A stretch of DNA of 63,926 bases, filler included, from Octopus bimaculoides (taxonomy: Eukaryota), in NCBI RefSeq assembly GCF_001194135.2. It is 10 parts of 9 records of this genome, joined end to end, with 100 filler letters (N's around TTAATTAATTAA, not from the genome) between each part and the next. Parts side by side here need not be neighbours in the genome. Positions count along the whole stretch, not along the records: positions 1 to 17,442 come from NC_069003.1; 9 more parts are not named here. One strand, given 5' to 3'. Below are positions 1 through 12,479 of this stretch, piece after piece. The first letter of the stretch is position 1, and each line of letters starts with the position of its first letter. Under the pieces are notes generated by a model. The model saw only the letters and a program-made list of their open reading frames with translations. It did not search any database and was not told where the DNA came from. The position numbers and the translations under genes are program-made.

Positions 1-411
1 TCCAAGAACAAGGTGCTGTCCAACGGAATCAGTCCGTTGTCAGAGAAGAGGAAAATATCTAGTGTTGACGGAACATGTAACGATACAATGAAGAGCACAA
101 AGGCAACTGGTGCTCTTGGCGCCAAACTCGAGATACACTTGAATGAAAACACCAAACTAAATAAAGCTGCAGTGACAGCAAATGGCGAGAGAAGTGTCAA
201 GGCTTGTGGTAAGCGAAGTCGGCGGGGTCGTGATGATAAGGGGGTGAAAGGTGTCGCTATTGAGGGCTCCAAAAACTTTTCTTCTTCTTCTTCCGGGGTT
301 GGTCAGGTTGATGGTAAAAAGACAGAGAACAACTCTCTGGCCATTCCACCTATGTTTGATGATAGTGATGATGAATTTCCTGGCCTAGTGATAGATTTAC
401 CCTCCCTGTAG
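1..411 (+). CDS. Partial (5'-open) terminal coding exon of an unidentified host protein; low-complexity K/S/G-rich, ending DDSDDEFPGLVIDLPSL*
   Basis: Frame 1 is open from base 1 (TCC AAG AAC AAG GTG...) to TAG at 409-411. The sequence is non-repetitive with protein-like composition and no TE motif. Family not recognised. Confidence 0.6.
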   Translation, partial: SKNKVLSNGISPLSEKRKISSVDGTCNDTMKSTKATGALGAKLEIHLNENTKLNKAAVTANGERSVKACGKRSRRGRDDKGVKGVAIEGSKNFSSSSSGVGQVDGKKTENNSLAIPPMFDDSDDEFPGLVIDLPSL

Positions 412-647
412 TCCCAGCCTATTCTGGGGATGCATTTTTCTCTCTCTCCACTCTCCTTGATTCCTATANNNNNNNNNNNNNNNNNNNNNNNNNNNNNNNN
501 NNNNNNNNNNNNNNNNNNNNNNNNNNNNNNNNNNNNNNNNNNNNNNNNNNNNNNNNNNNNNNNNNNNNNNNNNNNNNNNNNNNNNNNNNNNNNNNNNNNN
601 NNNNNNNNNNNNNNNNNNNNNNNNNNNNNNNNNNNNNNNNNNNNNNA

Positions 648-900
648 AGAAGCCCGTCGTATATATGCATATATATATGTGTGTGTGTGTGTGTGTTTGC
701 CTCCCACCAACGCTTGGAAACCAGTGTTGGTGTGTCTATGTTCCACGCAACTTAGCGGTTCGGGGAAAAAAGACCGATAGAAAAATTACGAGCCTTAGAA
801 AAAAAGTACTGGAGTCGATTCATTCGACATAAAATTCTACAAGGCCGTGACCCAGCATGGCCACAGACTAGTGACTGAGGCAAGCAAAAGATAGAAGATA
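648..900 (+). mobile_element. SINE family A, 3' portion (internal TA/TG microsatellite plus 3' half)
   Basis: aaagaagcccgtcgtatat...cttagcggttcgg...ccagcatggccacag matches the full copy at 6418-6850. Confidence 0.85.
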
Positions 901-1113
901 TATACATATATACACATGCCAAAGGTAGAATTGGTATTTTGGGATTTATAACTATGTCGATTGTATTTACAATATGAGAATGGTGAAGCTTACTTTTGGC
1001 TTTCATTCTCCTCACCATTTTTATTATTGAGTTGTTTGTAGATAAACGTTTCACCTTACGTATATTTGAGAGATGTATATATTAGCAACAGAAGCAGTAT
1101 TAATACCTTGAGG

Positions 1114-1545
1114 TAATATTTACCCCCAGTTAAACGTGGATGTTCTTTTAGAACAAACTATACTGCGGTAGAAACCATGAGAGAAACTCTTATATTGGTT
1201 CTTTGGTTCAAGATGCACTCTTGTATTAATACCGCCTCTGCCACTGATATATATTTTTTAGCAAATCCACTGACTAATCGCATCATCAGCGCCTGTTCTG
1301 GTACTGTTAATCTATATATCGCTGGCAGGGAGATGAATTGCTGCTGTGAAATGTCTATCATTGACAAGACCAGACAAGATCGAAATCACTTGATCTGGTG
1401 CTCTCGGAGAGATATCTTCCTACTAGAGATATAGACAAGGGTGCATTTTGCGCCAAAAAGTCAATATGAGAGTTTCTGTCATGGTAACCACCGTTGTATA
1501 GTTTGTTCTAATAGAACATCCACTTTTAAGTGGGGATAAATTTTA
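1114..1545. mobile_element. MITE-like element with ~80-bp imperfect terminal inverted repeats
   Basis: The left arm atttacccccagttaaacgtggatgttcttttagaacaaactatactgcggtagaaaccatgagagaaactcttatattg is the reverse complement, with some mismatches, of 1461-1541 (...gtttgttctaatagaacatccacttttaagtggggataaat). No transposase is present. Confidence 0.75.
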
Positions 1546-2325
1546 ACGAAAAAGTCAACGATTAAAGGATCGTGAAATTTATCAACGGGAATTCGAAAAC
1601 TAGTCAGTGTACATTATAGTTGGGATTGTAGACCAAGGTAAGAGAAGAAGAGCGTCTATAAATTTTCTCGTTTTAAAATAGTTCAACGAATTTTCGTTCA
1701 GATAACTTCTTTTGACATCAAGTATTTGTCAATTCTGTAAACAAGAGACTGAGGCATTCTGTGGACGGAACATTGCCAAGTTGATATGTAACGAGAAAAA
1801 CATGAAAGAAAATCGGTGATTGGAGAGAAGTCAATGTACACATGACCAATACATTTCTCTTTCAACATATGTTCCACAGAGAGCTGAGCTAGTTACCGTA
1901 AACAGTGACTATAATTAAAAAAATAATAAATCGACGGATATAATGGATAGACAGTATAGCACAAAGTATGTTTTTTAAACATGAATTTCACAATACTCTA
2001 TGAATGGTGATTAGAGTACATTACATAGATAACAGTATAAATTATGTTAATTACAAATGAGCTCCATGGTGATGTAAACGTGTATAACATATAGATATAA
2101 CATAGTACAGAGTATGTTATTTAGCCATGGACATCCTGATACTCTATAGCTGCTCCACTATCATCAAACATACTGTGAAGTAGATATGTGACACAGTAGA
2201 ATGTATTGTATTGTGACATGTGGTTTATGATACTCTATGCCTAAGGAGTATTTCGTTAGCTTGTAGTTACTGGAAGGTTCCAATTTTCAGTCTGCACTAA
2301 TTTACACACCTGCATATAAGCATCT

Positions 2326-2585
2326 TGTGTGGGAGCGTGTGGCCTAATGGTTTGGGGTTTGGACTCATGGTCGTAAGACTGTGGTTTCAATTCCTGGACC
2401 GGGCGACGCATTGTGTTCTCAAACAAAACACTTCATTTCCCGTTGCTCTAGTTCACTCAGCGAGAGCAAAGATTAGATAACTCTGCGACGGACCAGCGTC
2501 CCGAACAAGGGATAAATATATGCACGTCACTGAAACCGGCCCTTTTGAGTTCATAGAGCTCGAAAAAGATGCTTTATTCTTTTAT
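2326..2585 (+). mobile_element. tRNA-head SINE with CORE-like middle and Nin/V-like 3' module
   Basis: A-box-like tggcctaatgg and B-box-like gtttcaattcc, then gttgctctagttcactcag, then ctgcgacggaccagcgtcccg...gaaaccgg. Confidence 0.65.
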
Positions 2586-2734
2586 CTTATATAGCAATCT
2601 TGGTAACATGTACAGTGCTTTCGCTAATTAGACACTCTCTCGGTCCTCCCACCCTCGATTTAACGGAACATCCGGGACGTGACGGCAGGAGAAAGAGAGG
2701 GTTGTGCCAACACTCGATCGGCGCTCATTACAGG

Positions 2735-2866
2735 GGAGTAAACTTGTAATAAGTTCAATAACTTGTAATAAAATTGTAATAAGTTCACTGATTGAATAAA
2801 TTGCTTTGTGTTTAAAGCTTGTATCTTTTTTTTTTAAACCCAAACGGACTTTTTGGGCAACCAAAC
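2735..2866 (+). mobile_element. Probable mariner 3' end / TIR remnant
   Basis: gattgaataaattgc...aaacggactttttgggcaaccaa resembles mariner right ends. No transposase is visible. Confidence 0.35.
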
Positions 2867-3707
2867 ATTTGAACGTAATCTGGAACTTCTTTGTTACTTA
2901 GCAGTGAATCCTTACCGTTGTTTTGTTACTCCATTCCAAAAGGAATTTTAATCAAATTAGTCACATTTCCTTTTCATCTCCTTTTACTGATGGCGTTGTT
3001 ATTATCATTTTTGTCGTTGTTTTTGTTGTTGTTACTACTACAGTAATCTAACTCCAGCTTGGCCCTTATTGGTCAAACAAATGATGTAATACGTTCAAAC
3101 CGTTTATCATTGTGTCTTTATCTTTTACTTGGATGTATCTATCCTTTCCCTATTCAAGGCATCATTAGATAAAATTCTAAGTATTTGGCTACTGTTTCTA
3201 GCAGGTCTCCTGTCCACAACGTGTGCCATGATCAATGTTGCCGTGAGAAAGCTGCCAAGTGTCAACGATTTTGACGAAACAAGGACAAGGACTCTAAGTC
3301 ACGTGATCACAAACTATTGCAATTCTTATGTTCCCTTGTCGCTCCTCGTTTCGGGGTTACAGTTGACCATGGCGGTATAGTATTGGATTACTAGCAACAA
3401 TTTCACTGGTTCATTTCTCGACGCCGACACTATGCTTAATCCATAGTTAAACCAAATTAATCCCTCACTGAGTCAGTGTTCGTAGAAGCAAAAGGTTACG
3501 AATACTACTGCAAGTGGTCTGGCCTTGTGTCAAAATTTGAAAGCAATATTACTACAGGTAGTAGTAGTAGGAAGAGGAAGAAGCAGGAGGAGGGGAAGGG
3601 GAGACAGGGATGGAGGAGGTGGTGAGGGAGGTAGTGGTGAGGGAGTGGAAAGTCGGTTTCATTAAATGATTCAAGAATTTGTCTCTTGTCTTGTTCTTAA
3701 AGAGAAG

Positions 3708-4085
3708 TGGAGGTGCAATAGCCCAATGGTAGGGGACTCGCGGTCGTAGGATCGCGGTTTCGATTCCCAGACCGGGCGTTGTGAGTGTTTATTGAGCAAA
3801 AACACCTAAAGCTCGACAAGTCTCCGACAGGGAATGGTGGCGAACCCTGCTGTACTCTTTCACCACAACTTTCTCTCACTTTTTCCTCCTGTTACTGTTG
3901 TGCCTGTAATTCAAAGGGCCAGCCTTGTCCTGCACTGTGTCTCGCTGAATATCCCCGAGAACTACGTTAAGGGTACACGTATCTGTGGAGTGCTCAGCCA
4001 CTTGCACGTTAATTTCACGAGCAGGCTGTTCCGTTGATTCGGATCAACTGGAACCCTCGTCGTCGTAACCGACGGAGTGCCACGA
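3708..4085 (+). mobile_element. SINE family B, full length, with 12-bp TSD
   Basis: tRNA-like head tggaggtgcaatagcccaatgg...tttcgattccc. Closely similar to 54193-54581. TSD cttaaagagaag at 3696-3707 and 4086-4097. Confidence 0.9.
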
Positions 4086-4441
4086 CTTAAAGAGAAGCTC
4101 AGTTATTGGAATTTGTCCCACTTTATGGCATGGAATGGATTGGAATGGAATGGAACTTAGCAACTACGGAAACTCAGGAAAGAAAGTGTAAATGTATGTG
4201 TGTGCGTGCTTGTGCGTGCGTGCGTGTGTATGTGTGTGTGAGAGAGAGAGACACACAGACAGACAGCAGATAATGTGTTATATGTGCTTGTGTACATATG
4301 AATCTCTGTTCTATATGCGCTTTTCTGTATTGAGTGGGAATAACGACAAGAGAAACGGCGAAAGAAATAGAGGAAGTAAGAGAGTGAAAGCGATAGAGCA
4401 GAACGAAAGAGGAGCAGCGGAGAGCGGGGGGTATAGAGGGG

Positions 4442-4473
<32 letters not shown>

Positions 4474-4730
4474 GGAGATATGGGGAAGGAGGGGGAGTGT
4501 TGCATTGCTTACATCCTGCTCTAGAATTCAATAACCAGCGAATGGTCGTAATAAATTATATAACCTGCTGCTTTAGTTGTTGCTTTCTTCTCGTATGCAT
4601 TTATACATGCACATGCGCTTGCACACGCACATGCAAGTATATATCTGTATATGTGTGTGTATGCACATATATAAGTATATGTATACACACACCCACATAT
4701 TATACAAACATACCCATACATATATATATG

Positions 4731-4769
<39 letters not shown>

Positions 4770-4786
4770 GCATATANNNNNNNNNN

Positions 4787-4834
<48 letters not shown>

Positions 4835-6268
4835 GCATATATATATATTGTATATATATGTGTGTGTGTGTGTATACAATATGTATGCATACAGTACATA
4901 TGTACACATACATGCACTATACATACTTATATGTATGTCTGTATACAGTTGGTTATGGTGAATATATATAGATGTGTGTGCGTGTATGTGTGTATATATA
5001 TATATTTATAGATATATTTACAAAGATATATTTATATACATATTACATGCACTCACACACACACACACGCGCGCGCGCATATATGCATACATATATATAC
5101 ATATATATCTATAATATATATACACACATATATATATGTATGTATGTATTATGTATGCATGTATGTATATACATATATATATATGTACGTATGTATATAT
5201 TTATATATACATACATACAGATATATATATGTATGTATGTAGGTATATAAACTGATAAGCTTGCTTCTAACTGGATTTTCCATTCGTTGCTTCNNNNNNN
5301 NNNNNNNNNNNNNNNNNNNNNNNNNNNNNNNNNNNNNNNNNNNNNNNNNNNNNNNNNNNNNNNNNNNNNNNNNNNNNNNNNNNNNNNNNNNNNNNNNNNN
5401 NNNNNNNNNNNNNNNNNNNNNNNNNNNNNNNNNNNNNNNNNNNNNNNNNNNNNNNNNNNNNNNNNNNNNNNNNNNNNNNNNNNNNNNNNNNNNNNNNNNN
5501 NNNNNNNNNNNNNNNNNNNNNNNNNNNNNNNNNNNNNNNNNNNNNNNNNNNNNNNNNNNNNNNNNNNNNNNNNNNNNNNNNNNNNNNNNNNNNNNNNNNN
5601 NNNNNNNNNNNNNNNNNNNNNNNNNNNNNNNNNNNNNNNNNNNNNNNNNNNNNNNNNNNNNNNNNNNNNNNNNNNNNNNNNNNNNNNNNNNNNNNNNNNN
5701 NNNNNNNNNNNNNNNNNNNNNNNNNNNNNNNNNNNNNNNNNNNNNNNNNNNNNNNNNNNNNNNNNNNNNNNNNNNNNNNNNNNNNNNNNNNNNNNNNNNN
5801 NNNNNNNNNNNNNNNNNNNNNNNNNNNNNNNGGGGGGGGGGGTTATAAGGTCAACGTAGACGAAATTGAAGATGGATTTAGTGAAGTCAACAGGAATATC
5901 GATGCTATCCGGAAGTGAACGGTAAAACATGTCCAATATTATATAAAAAAACAATATGAACAAGAAAAGAACAGGAATGAAACAACTCGGGAAAAAGGAA
6001 AGAAAAAACACATTTGCAAACGAATTCACGCTGTTATTTCTGAGACTATTTCTCCGTTAGAATGACACCAAAAGATGGTAACGGCTACACAGCTTATCAG
6101 ATTTAAGTTTAGCACCTTACTTTTTGTTATTATACGAGGAATGTTTATATCGTTAATATTTAGGACTTTTCCGTTCGTGGTACAGGGAATATTCATATCG
6201 TTAATTTGTATTTTTTGTATAAAAAGTTATCGCAATAGAATAGCTTATATTTAGATTATCCTTCACTT

Positions 6269-6583
6269 CAGTGGTTCTCAAAGGGGGCGGTGGAAAGATC
6301 CAGGACGCGTTGGAGAAAAGTGGGGTGATAATGGTGTGGCCAAAAGAAAGTGATGGATGTAAAAACAACAAAATTATGGGTTAATTAGGTTAAATTTTAT
6401 TTGTGAATTACAGTTGTAATAGGCGCAGGAGTGGCTGTGTGGTAAGTAGCTTGCTTATCAACCACATGGTTCCGGGTTCAGTCCCACTGCGTGGCACCTT
6501 GGGAAAATGTCTTCTACTATAGCCTCGGGCCGAGCAAAACCTTGTGAGTGGATTTGGTAGACGGAAACTGAAAGAAGCCCGTC

Positions 6584-6642
<59 letters not shown>

Positions 6643-6960
6643 GGTGTTTGTGTGTCTGTGTTTGTCTCCCCACCATCGCTTGACAACCGATGCTGATGTG
6701 TTTACGTCCCCGTAACTTAGCGGTTCGGCAAAAAGAGACCGATAGAATAAGTACTAAGCTTACAAAGAATAAGTCCCGGGGTCGATTTTCTCGACTAAAG
6801 GCGGTGCTCCAGCATGGCCGCAGTCAAATGACTGAAACAAGTAAAAGAGTAAGTTGTTTTGAATTTGCTACAGAAAGTGGTCTATGTTCGCGGTGGTGGT
6901 GGTGATGGTGAGGTCCGGATGCTTAGAGGGCGGCAACCCGAAAAAGTTTGGGAACCACTG
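6269..6960. mobile_element. hAT-type non-autonomous element (CAGTGGTTCTCAAA ... TTTGGGAACCACTG) carrying a nested SINE
   Basis: 14-bp TIRs with 1 mismatch at 6269 and 6947-6960. The 8-bp flanks cttcactt / ttttactt match at 6/8, consistent with a decayed hAT TSD. Confidence 0.7.
6418..6850 (+). mobile_element. SINE family A, full length (tRNA head, CORE-like domain, internal (TA)n, 3' half)
   Basis: aggcgcaggagtggctgtgtggtaag...ccgggttcagtccc (Pol III boxes), gcaccttgggaaaatgtcttc (CORE-like), (TA)n, then ...ccagcatggccgcagtcaaatgactgaaacaagtaaaagag. More than 10 partial copies occur in the window. Confidence 0.92.
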
Positions 6961-8149
6961 TTTTACTTCATATATAGATTCCTCATGTTTCTTCTCATAT
7001 ATATTTTGTTTTCGATTACGTTATACTAATTGAAGATACTGAAGGAGATTGCATTTTTATTGTATATTGTGACAACTGTCCTAACATATATCCAGTTAAT
7101 AGCTGTCCTATCGTGTCTACATTGAGACAGTTGTCTTAAAATGTCTACAGTCAGAATTTGTCCTAATTTGATCCCTCCACTATTTGTCCAAGGACGTCAG
7201 TTCTTGTCCTAATGTGTCTACATTAATATAATTATCATATCTGGACTCTTCGATCATTTTTACAGTGTTTGCACTGCTTTATTCACTGTTTTGAATTTTT
7301 ATAATTAGTTGATGTTTTCAGCCAAATAATCTTTAAGGGGTGTCATTAACAGAATCTCTATGCAGTGTACTTGATCTGCCAGAAATGATAGTCATCAACT
7401 TATACCCTGTTGTAAGAACATGTTGGATAAAATCCAAAAAACAGATGAGGGAGTCACGACTATGTTCTTCTTCCACTGACTCTCACTGAATAGACTACAG
7501 AATTTCTTGTAGTTCTGCTGCTAAGGACTGACCTAGAATTAAGCAAAATCTACGATGACAGATTTCTAAACTTATTCAATCGAGAAGCTCTTCACGCGTG
7601 TAATATCTGTTGATGCAAGACGAAGAATCCAACGGTGAATCACGTTCAATATTGACACGTGATCAAGGAAATTTGAATGCTTCATTTCGTCTATTTCTTC
7701 TCTCTTATCTTCCTTCAGGCCAACGGAACTACTTCAACTGATGTTTTTCTTCACCCAACATCTCCTTTGTTTACATAATTTATCTAATCTGTAACATTTA
7801 GAAAAATCCTTAATCGCATTCATTTCTTCTTTCAAAAATCTTGTCTGCTGGATCTAAGTGGTTTTTCCTGTAACTAGGAATTTGCTCAAAGTAGTGTTTC
7901 TTTCAAACGCTCATCCATCCATACATTCTTCCAACACATCCATTAATTAATTATCAAGAATATGTCATGCTTAAAACTTTACATTTAAGTCTATTCTTTA
8001 CGAATTAATATGTTCTATATAAAGATTTCTTACAATACAATGCCAATTTATATTTATTGCGAAACGTCACATACACAAGAATACATAATTTAAACATCAA
8101 CTCATCCATAGATAAAGCCTTTAACAAATAGCCATCACGTATATGCGTA

Positions 8150-8227
<78 letters not shown>

Positions 8228-8379
8228 CATTGTGATATTTGTGTGTGAGTGTGTTCCTTCGTGTGTGTGTGTATGTGTGTGTGTGTATTAATATATGATA
8301 ATCCCGTAATAAACTCAAACAATAGCTGGGATGCCTCTCCTGGCGCTGTGACAGCTTGTGATCTTTACTAGTCCCTCTC

Positions 8380-8570
8380 TTGGAAACGTACAAAACAGTC
8401 GTGATACTGAAAGCTGTCGTACCGTGATGGTATCAAACTAGGGTTTTCTTTGTCTACCTTTTCTTTGCCTTCCTTCAAGTGTATCGTGCAGAATGGTTTG
8501 GGGCGGATGGTGAGTCGTGTTGGGATAGAGTTTTGTCTGCCAGAATATTTGATTACGTGTTGCTTCATAA
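8380..8570 (-). mobile_element. RTE LINE C-terminal remnant
   Basis: The minus frame gives PQTILHDTLEGRQRKGRQRKP, resembling the RTE motif KTILQGTVEG.RRRGRQRK.W. Confidence 0.5.
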
Positions 8571-9463
8571 ATCTGCTGTCTTATGTTCAGTGTACACAGT
8601 ATACGATAGCGTTCTCCTTCCTTCCTTCGCACACTCTCAAACTCGCTTGCTACACGTTGAGATATGATGTTTCAATAAAAATTCTACATTAACAATCGAG
8701 AAATGCTTAATGCAGAATTTCTTTACAATTTTTTACTAAATATAACTATAGGGAGTATGATAACTATATGGGGTTGTATATAACTATATGGTTTGTATAT
8801 AACTATATAACTATAACTATATAACTATATAACACATGGAATACTCCATAGATCCACAACTCTTCTATAAAACTCTTTTAATACCGGATCTTTTCTTAAG
8901 TTGCCTTGCCAGGCAGGTCTTAGAGATAATTTTGATAGCTTTCGAAAAGATGATGTTCAACGCCATTTCCATGTAACTTGCTGAAAGAAACAAGTTAAAA
9001 GTGGTTGTGAAATGGAAAGACACTGACTGGTTTACTCACTAAAAGCAAACACTGTGCATTGTTTTACTTGTTGGCTTTTTGCAAATCGGTCAGGTGTTTG
9101 GAGGGATCCAAACACTAGTCTTGGGAAGGCATCTCATAGAGACATGTAGTGTTAAAACAGAAGTATATATAAGTTACAGACAAAGAGCATCCAGTAACGT
9201 CAATGGAATTGCCAAATCTGGATTTCTGCGTTTTTCACGTCATCAGTAAGCAAGTAACTGCTACAAACTGCATGCTTAGACAAATTTCGCTTCTACTGAT
9301 ATAAAAAACAAATTAGTGATTAACAAATTACTGATGTGGCAATTAGCTGGCGGGATGAGTAAGAATTCGCTATTAGCGAGTGTTTGTACATATAAACATA
9401 ATCGGTTTCATTTACATGGTGTATGTATTTTGTGTATACGGCCCAGTTGATGTGGGAAAGCGT

Positions 9464-9783
9464 TCAGGGAAAGCTCCCTACTCGACGCCGAGTGTGAAAG
9501 AACACTGAATGCACCAGACTAGACCAGGCGAAACAACTCGCCTCGAATGACCGAGAATGGTAGATATTTCGTCATTATTGTGGCTTATCAATACCACGTA
9601 GTCTTGTCATCTCGAAACAAAGTGAATCGCTGGTTTTGAATTTATATGCAAAGAGAGTAAAGACTATTTGCTGATGTGCTGCGGCGTAGCACATGTGAAA
9701 GAAAATTAAATTAGAAGTCTCGTCTAGTGTAGGACATTCGGTGTTCTCAAGCACTCGGCGTCGTGTAGGGAGCTTCCCCCTGA
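9464..9783. repeat. Inverted repeat, ~48-bp arms with ~220-bp spacer (MITE-like or hairpin)
   Basis: tcagggaaagctccctactcgacgccgagtgtgaaagaacactgaatg (9464-9511) versus the reverse complement of 9735-9783, tcagggggaagctccctacacgacgccgagtgcttgagaacaccgaatg. Confidence 0.8.
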
Positions 9784-10088
9784 TGCAACCCCGCAGCAAA
9801 CTTGGGGGTATAAACAAAACACATACACTATGTATGTTCGGCGATAATGTTTACATTACTGGAGTTGATTTTAGCTTGTAATTTTGGATATCAAATGGAC
9901 CGACTGAGGCACCAGCCTTGGAGTCCTCAACCATACCAAGATACCCAGCATCTTCACCCCGCTCCAACAACGGCATCTGCGTTGGCTCGCTCACGTATAT
10001 TGTATGACGCCACAAAAGCAGAAGGACGACCTCATCTTCGCCTCAAGGACGCCTGAAAGAAAAATATGAACACACACACACACGCACG

Positions 10089-10159
<71 letters not shown>

Positions 10160-10687
10160 TGAGAAAACGCTATGATTCGATAAATCTCAGATGAGGAGGA
10201 GGGTAATGGGCAATTCGTTTCTTGATACATAAATTTCAAACAATTTGACCAGTACCCTATCGATGAGGCTAATATCGATCGCTTTAATTTATTTTATCAC
10301 ATTTACTGAATTTAAATTCATGATTAGAAGTTTGTTTTCAAAAAAATTTAAGCTATTTTGTGCTAAAATCTTTATTAAACATAGGAAAAAGAAAATATAA
10401 CTTCAATATCCAGTTTCGTGTAAATATTTTATTACGCTGCCATAAATAGATATATTGAGACCAAGATGAATAAGTTGGAGAAATTAATGGATATCACCGG
10501 TTATATATAGTAAAATATATCAGCGGTTCTATATAGTAGAAAATGAAAACGGAATAGACTCACTGGAAGAATTCTTGTATGAATAATAACGTTGACGCTA
10601 TTGTTATTGCTTCTAATAGTATCTCTTTTTATTTACATACGTGCATTTATACATATATAAATACATACTTTCATAATGTGTGTGCGC

Positions 10688-10730
<43 letters not shown>

Positions 10731-11003
10731 CACATTTGTGTGTATATATATGTGTATGTTCATCTATTCATTAATATATTTATCCTTTATATTTATCTAC
10801 TTATATTTGTGTGTCTAGCTATCTATATCTATTTATATATTCATATATTTAATCTAGTCTACGAACGTGTATGTGTGTCTGAGAGTCTGTGTCTGTCTGT
10901 CTGTTTGTCTGTCTACCTATCTGTCTGTCTGTCTGTCTCTCTCTCTCAATCTATCTATCTGTCACTCTGTGTATGTATATATGTTTGTATGTATGCATGT
11001 ATG

Positions 11004-11045
<42 letters not shown>

Positions 11046-11055
11046 NNNNNNNNNN

Positions 11056-11117
<62 letters not shown>

Positions 11118-11139
11118 CTTTTATAAAAGCTGAAAGAAA

Positions 11140-11262
11140 TTTTCACAAACTGTTACTTAGAATTTCACGTTAACGTTTGTCGGACAGTTGTGATCATACT
11201 GGCGTATGATCGCAATTGTCCGACGAACAGTAACGTGAAACTCTGAGTAATAGCTTGTAAAG
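11140..11262. ncRNA. Palindromic back-to-back pair of minimal hammerhead-ribozyme-like motifs (inverted Penelope pLTR-like)
   Basis: ~60-bp arms around a 4-nt centre. Plus arm: attgt CCGACGA ac-agtaac-gt GAAA ctctgag TA atag. Minus arm: actgt CCGACAA acg-ttaa-cgt GAAA ttctaag TA acagt, with a perfect 5-bp stem I. Confidence 0.55.
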
Positions 11263-11356
11263 ATATTTTCGGTTTTAATTACTCAATCTCGAGTATTCGA
11301 GTACTATTTTTCCATCTTGTTTTTTATGTATATGCTTACACATGTGTGTGTGCGTA

Positions 11357-11401
<45 letters not shown>

Positions 11402-11429
11402 TACTGGGAGGGGCATTATGCCGGTAATA

Positions 11430-12479
11430 ATGAACACACGTACTGGTTCAGTTCTTTATTGCTATTGTTAGTTAACAGGTTAGTTACTCCGTTAACCAAT
11501 TCATCGATCAGCCGTTTAAAGCTGTTAAAGGCTATTCTAAATCGATTAAACGTCAAATCAGCCTCCCTGTATTCTCAAAAATATGGTTAGCAATATAGGT
11601 AAGCATATTTCCTCATTGTCATCGGACGAGGCAGTCTTTAGCAGTACCTCACCATATTACATTGATGCTCTAGGCAATAATGACTTCTCAGAGAAGATCC
11701 CCTATATCACTAGTGGAAGAAACCCCAGAAGGTTTCGTAGAACTAGACTTAGAAATGTTTTGTGGTATAATCCAACACTTATCATAAGCATTATAACTAA
11801 CGCAGGTAGAGAATTTTAAAATTTTGTATCTAGACATTATTCAAGTGACCATAGATATGAATGAATCTTCAATAGAAAATAATTAAAAATTAGCTGTTCT
11901 TGCTGCTAAGCTAAATGGTCGACTCTTTTGTTTATCAGCAGACCATTCTCAATAAATCTAATGGAACTGCTGAGAAACCTAAATGTAATTTCAAAGACCT
12001 CAGACGCTGTCCTTTAAATGGTAATTTTCTAATTAAAGGCATTGTATATAGAGCTAAGGTACAGACTAACAACACTACTACATACAAAATTTATACTGGT
12101 GCCACAGAAAACGGTTTCAAAACGACTTTATTCGCACAAAAATTCCTTAATATACTCTGAGAACAAGTCGGCAATGAGCCTAGATAAGCACGTATGGCAA
12201 TCAAAAGAAGCTGGCTCCTTCCAATTTAAGGTATATTGGTCTATTTTGAAAATAGTTAACCCTAAGGGGCATGGATCGCACCGAAATTCTGAGATGTCCG
12301 TTGTGCCTGAGTGAAAAGTACTTTACACTATTCCAATACAAATCTGCATTGAATCGCAAAACGGAACTCCTCAAATTCTGCAGACATCTCGGTACCTTTT
12401 GCGCTGCCAAGCAATTCCAAACAAATAGCCACTTTTAAGATTCGCCAAATTTTATCGACCTTTTGAAATATCCCAGTTC
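11430..12479 (+). mobile_element. Penelope-like element remnant: RT C-terminal/linker and GIY-YIG endonuclease, frameshifted
   Basis: RNVLWYNP, CPLNGNFLIKGIVYRAKV...KIYTGATENGFKT, KHVWQSKE...VYWSILK and ELLKFCRH are the motif series of Penelope GIY-YIG C-termini, with multiple stops and frameshifts. Confidence 0.8.

Noticed and set aside
4130-4157. (GGAAT)n as satellite DNA
   Set aside because: Only about four units; an ordinary short microsatellite.
9200-9255. CTGATGA...GAAA on the minus strand as a hammerhead
   Set aside because: Extra bases lie between stem II and GAAA, and there is no stem I or stem III pairing.
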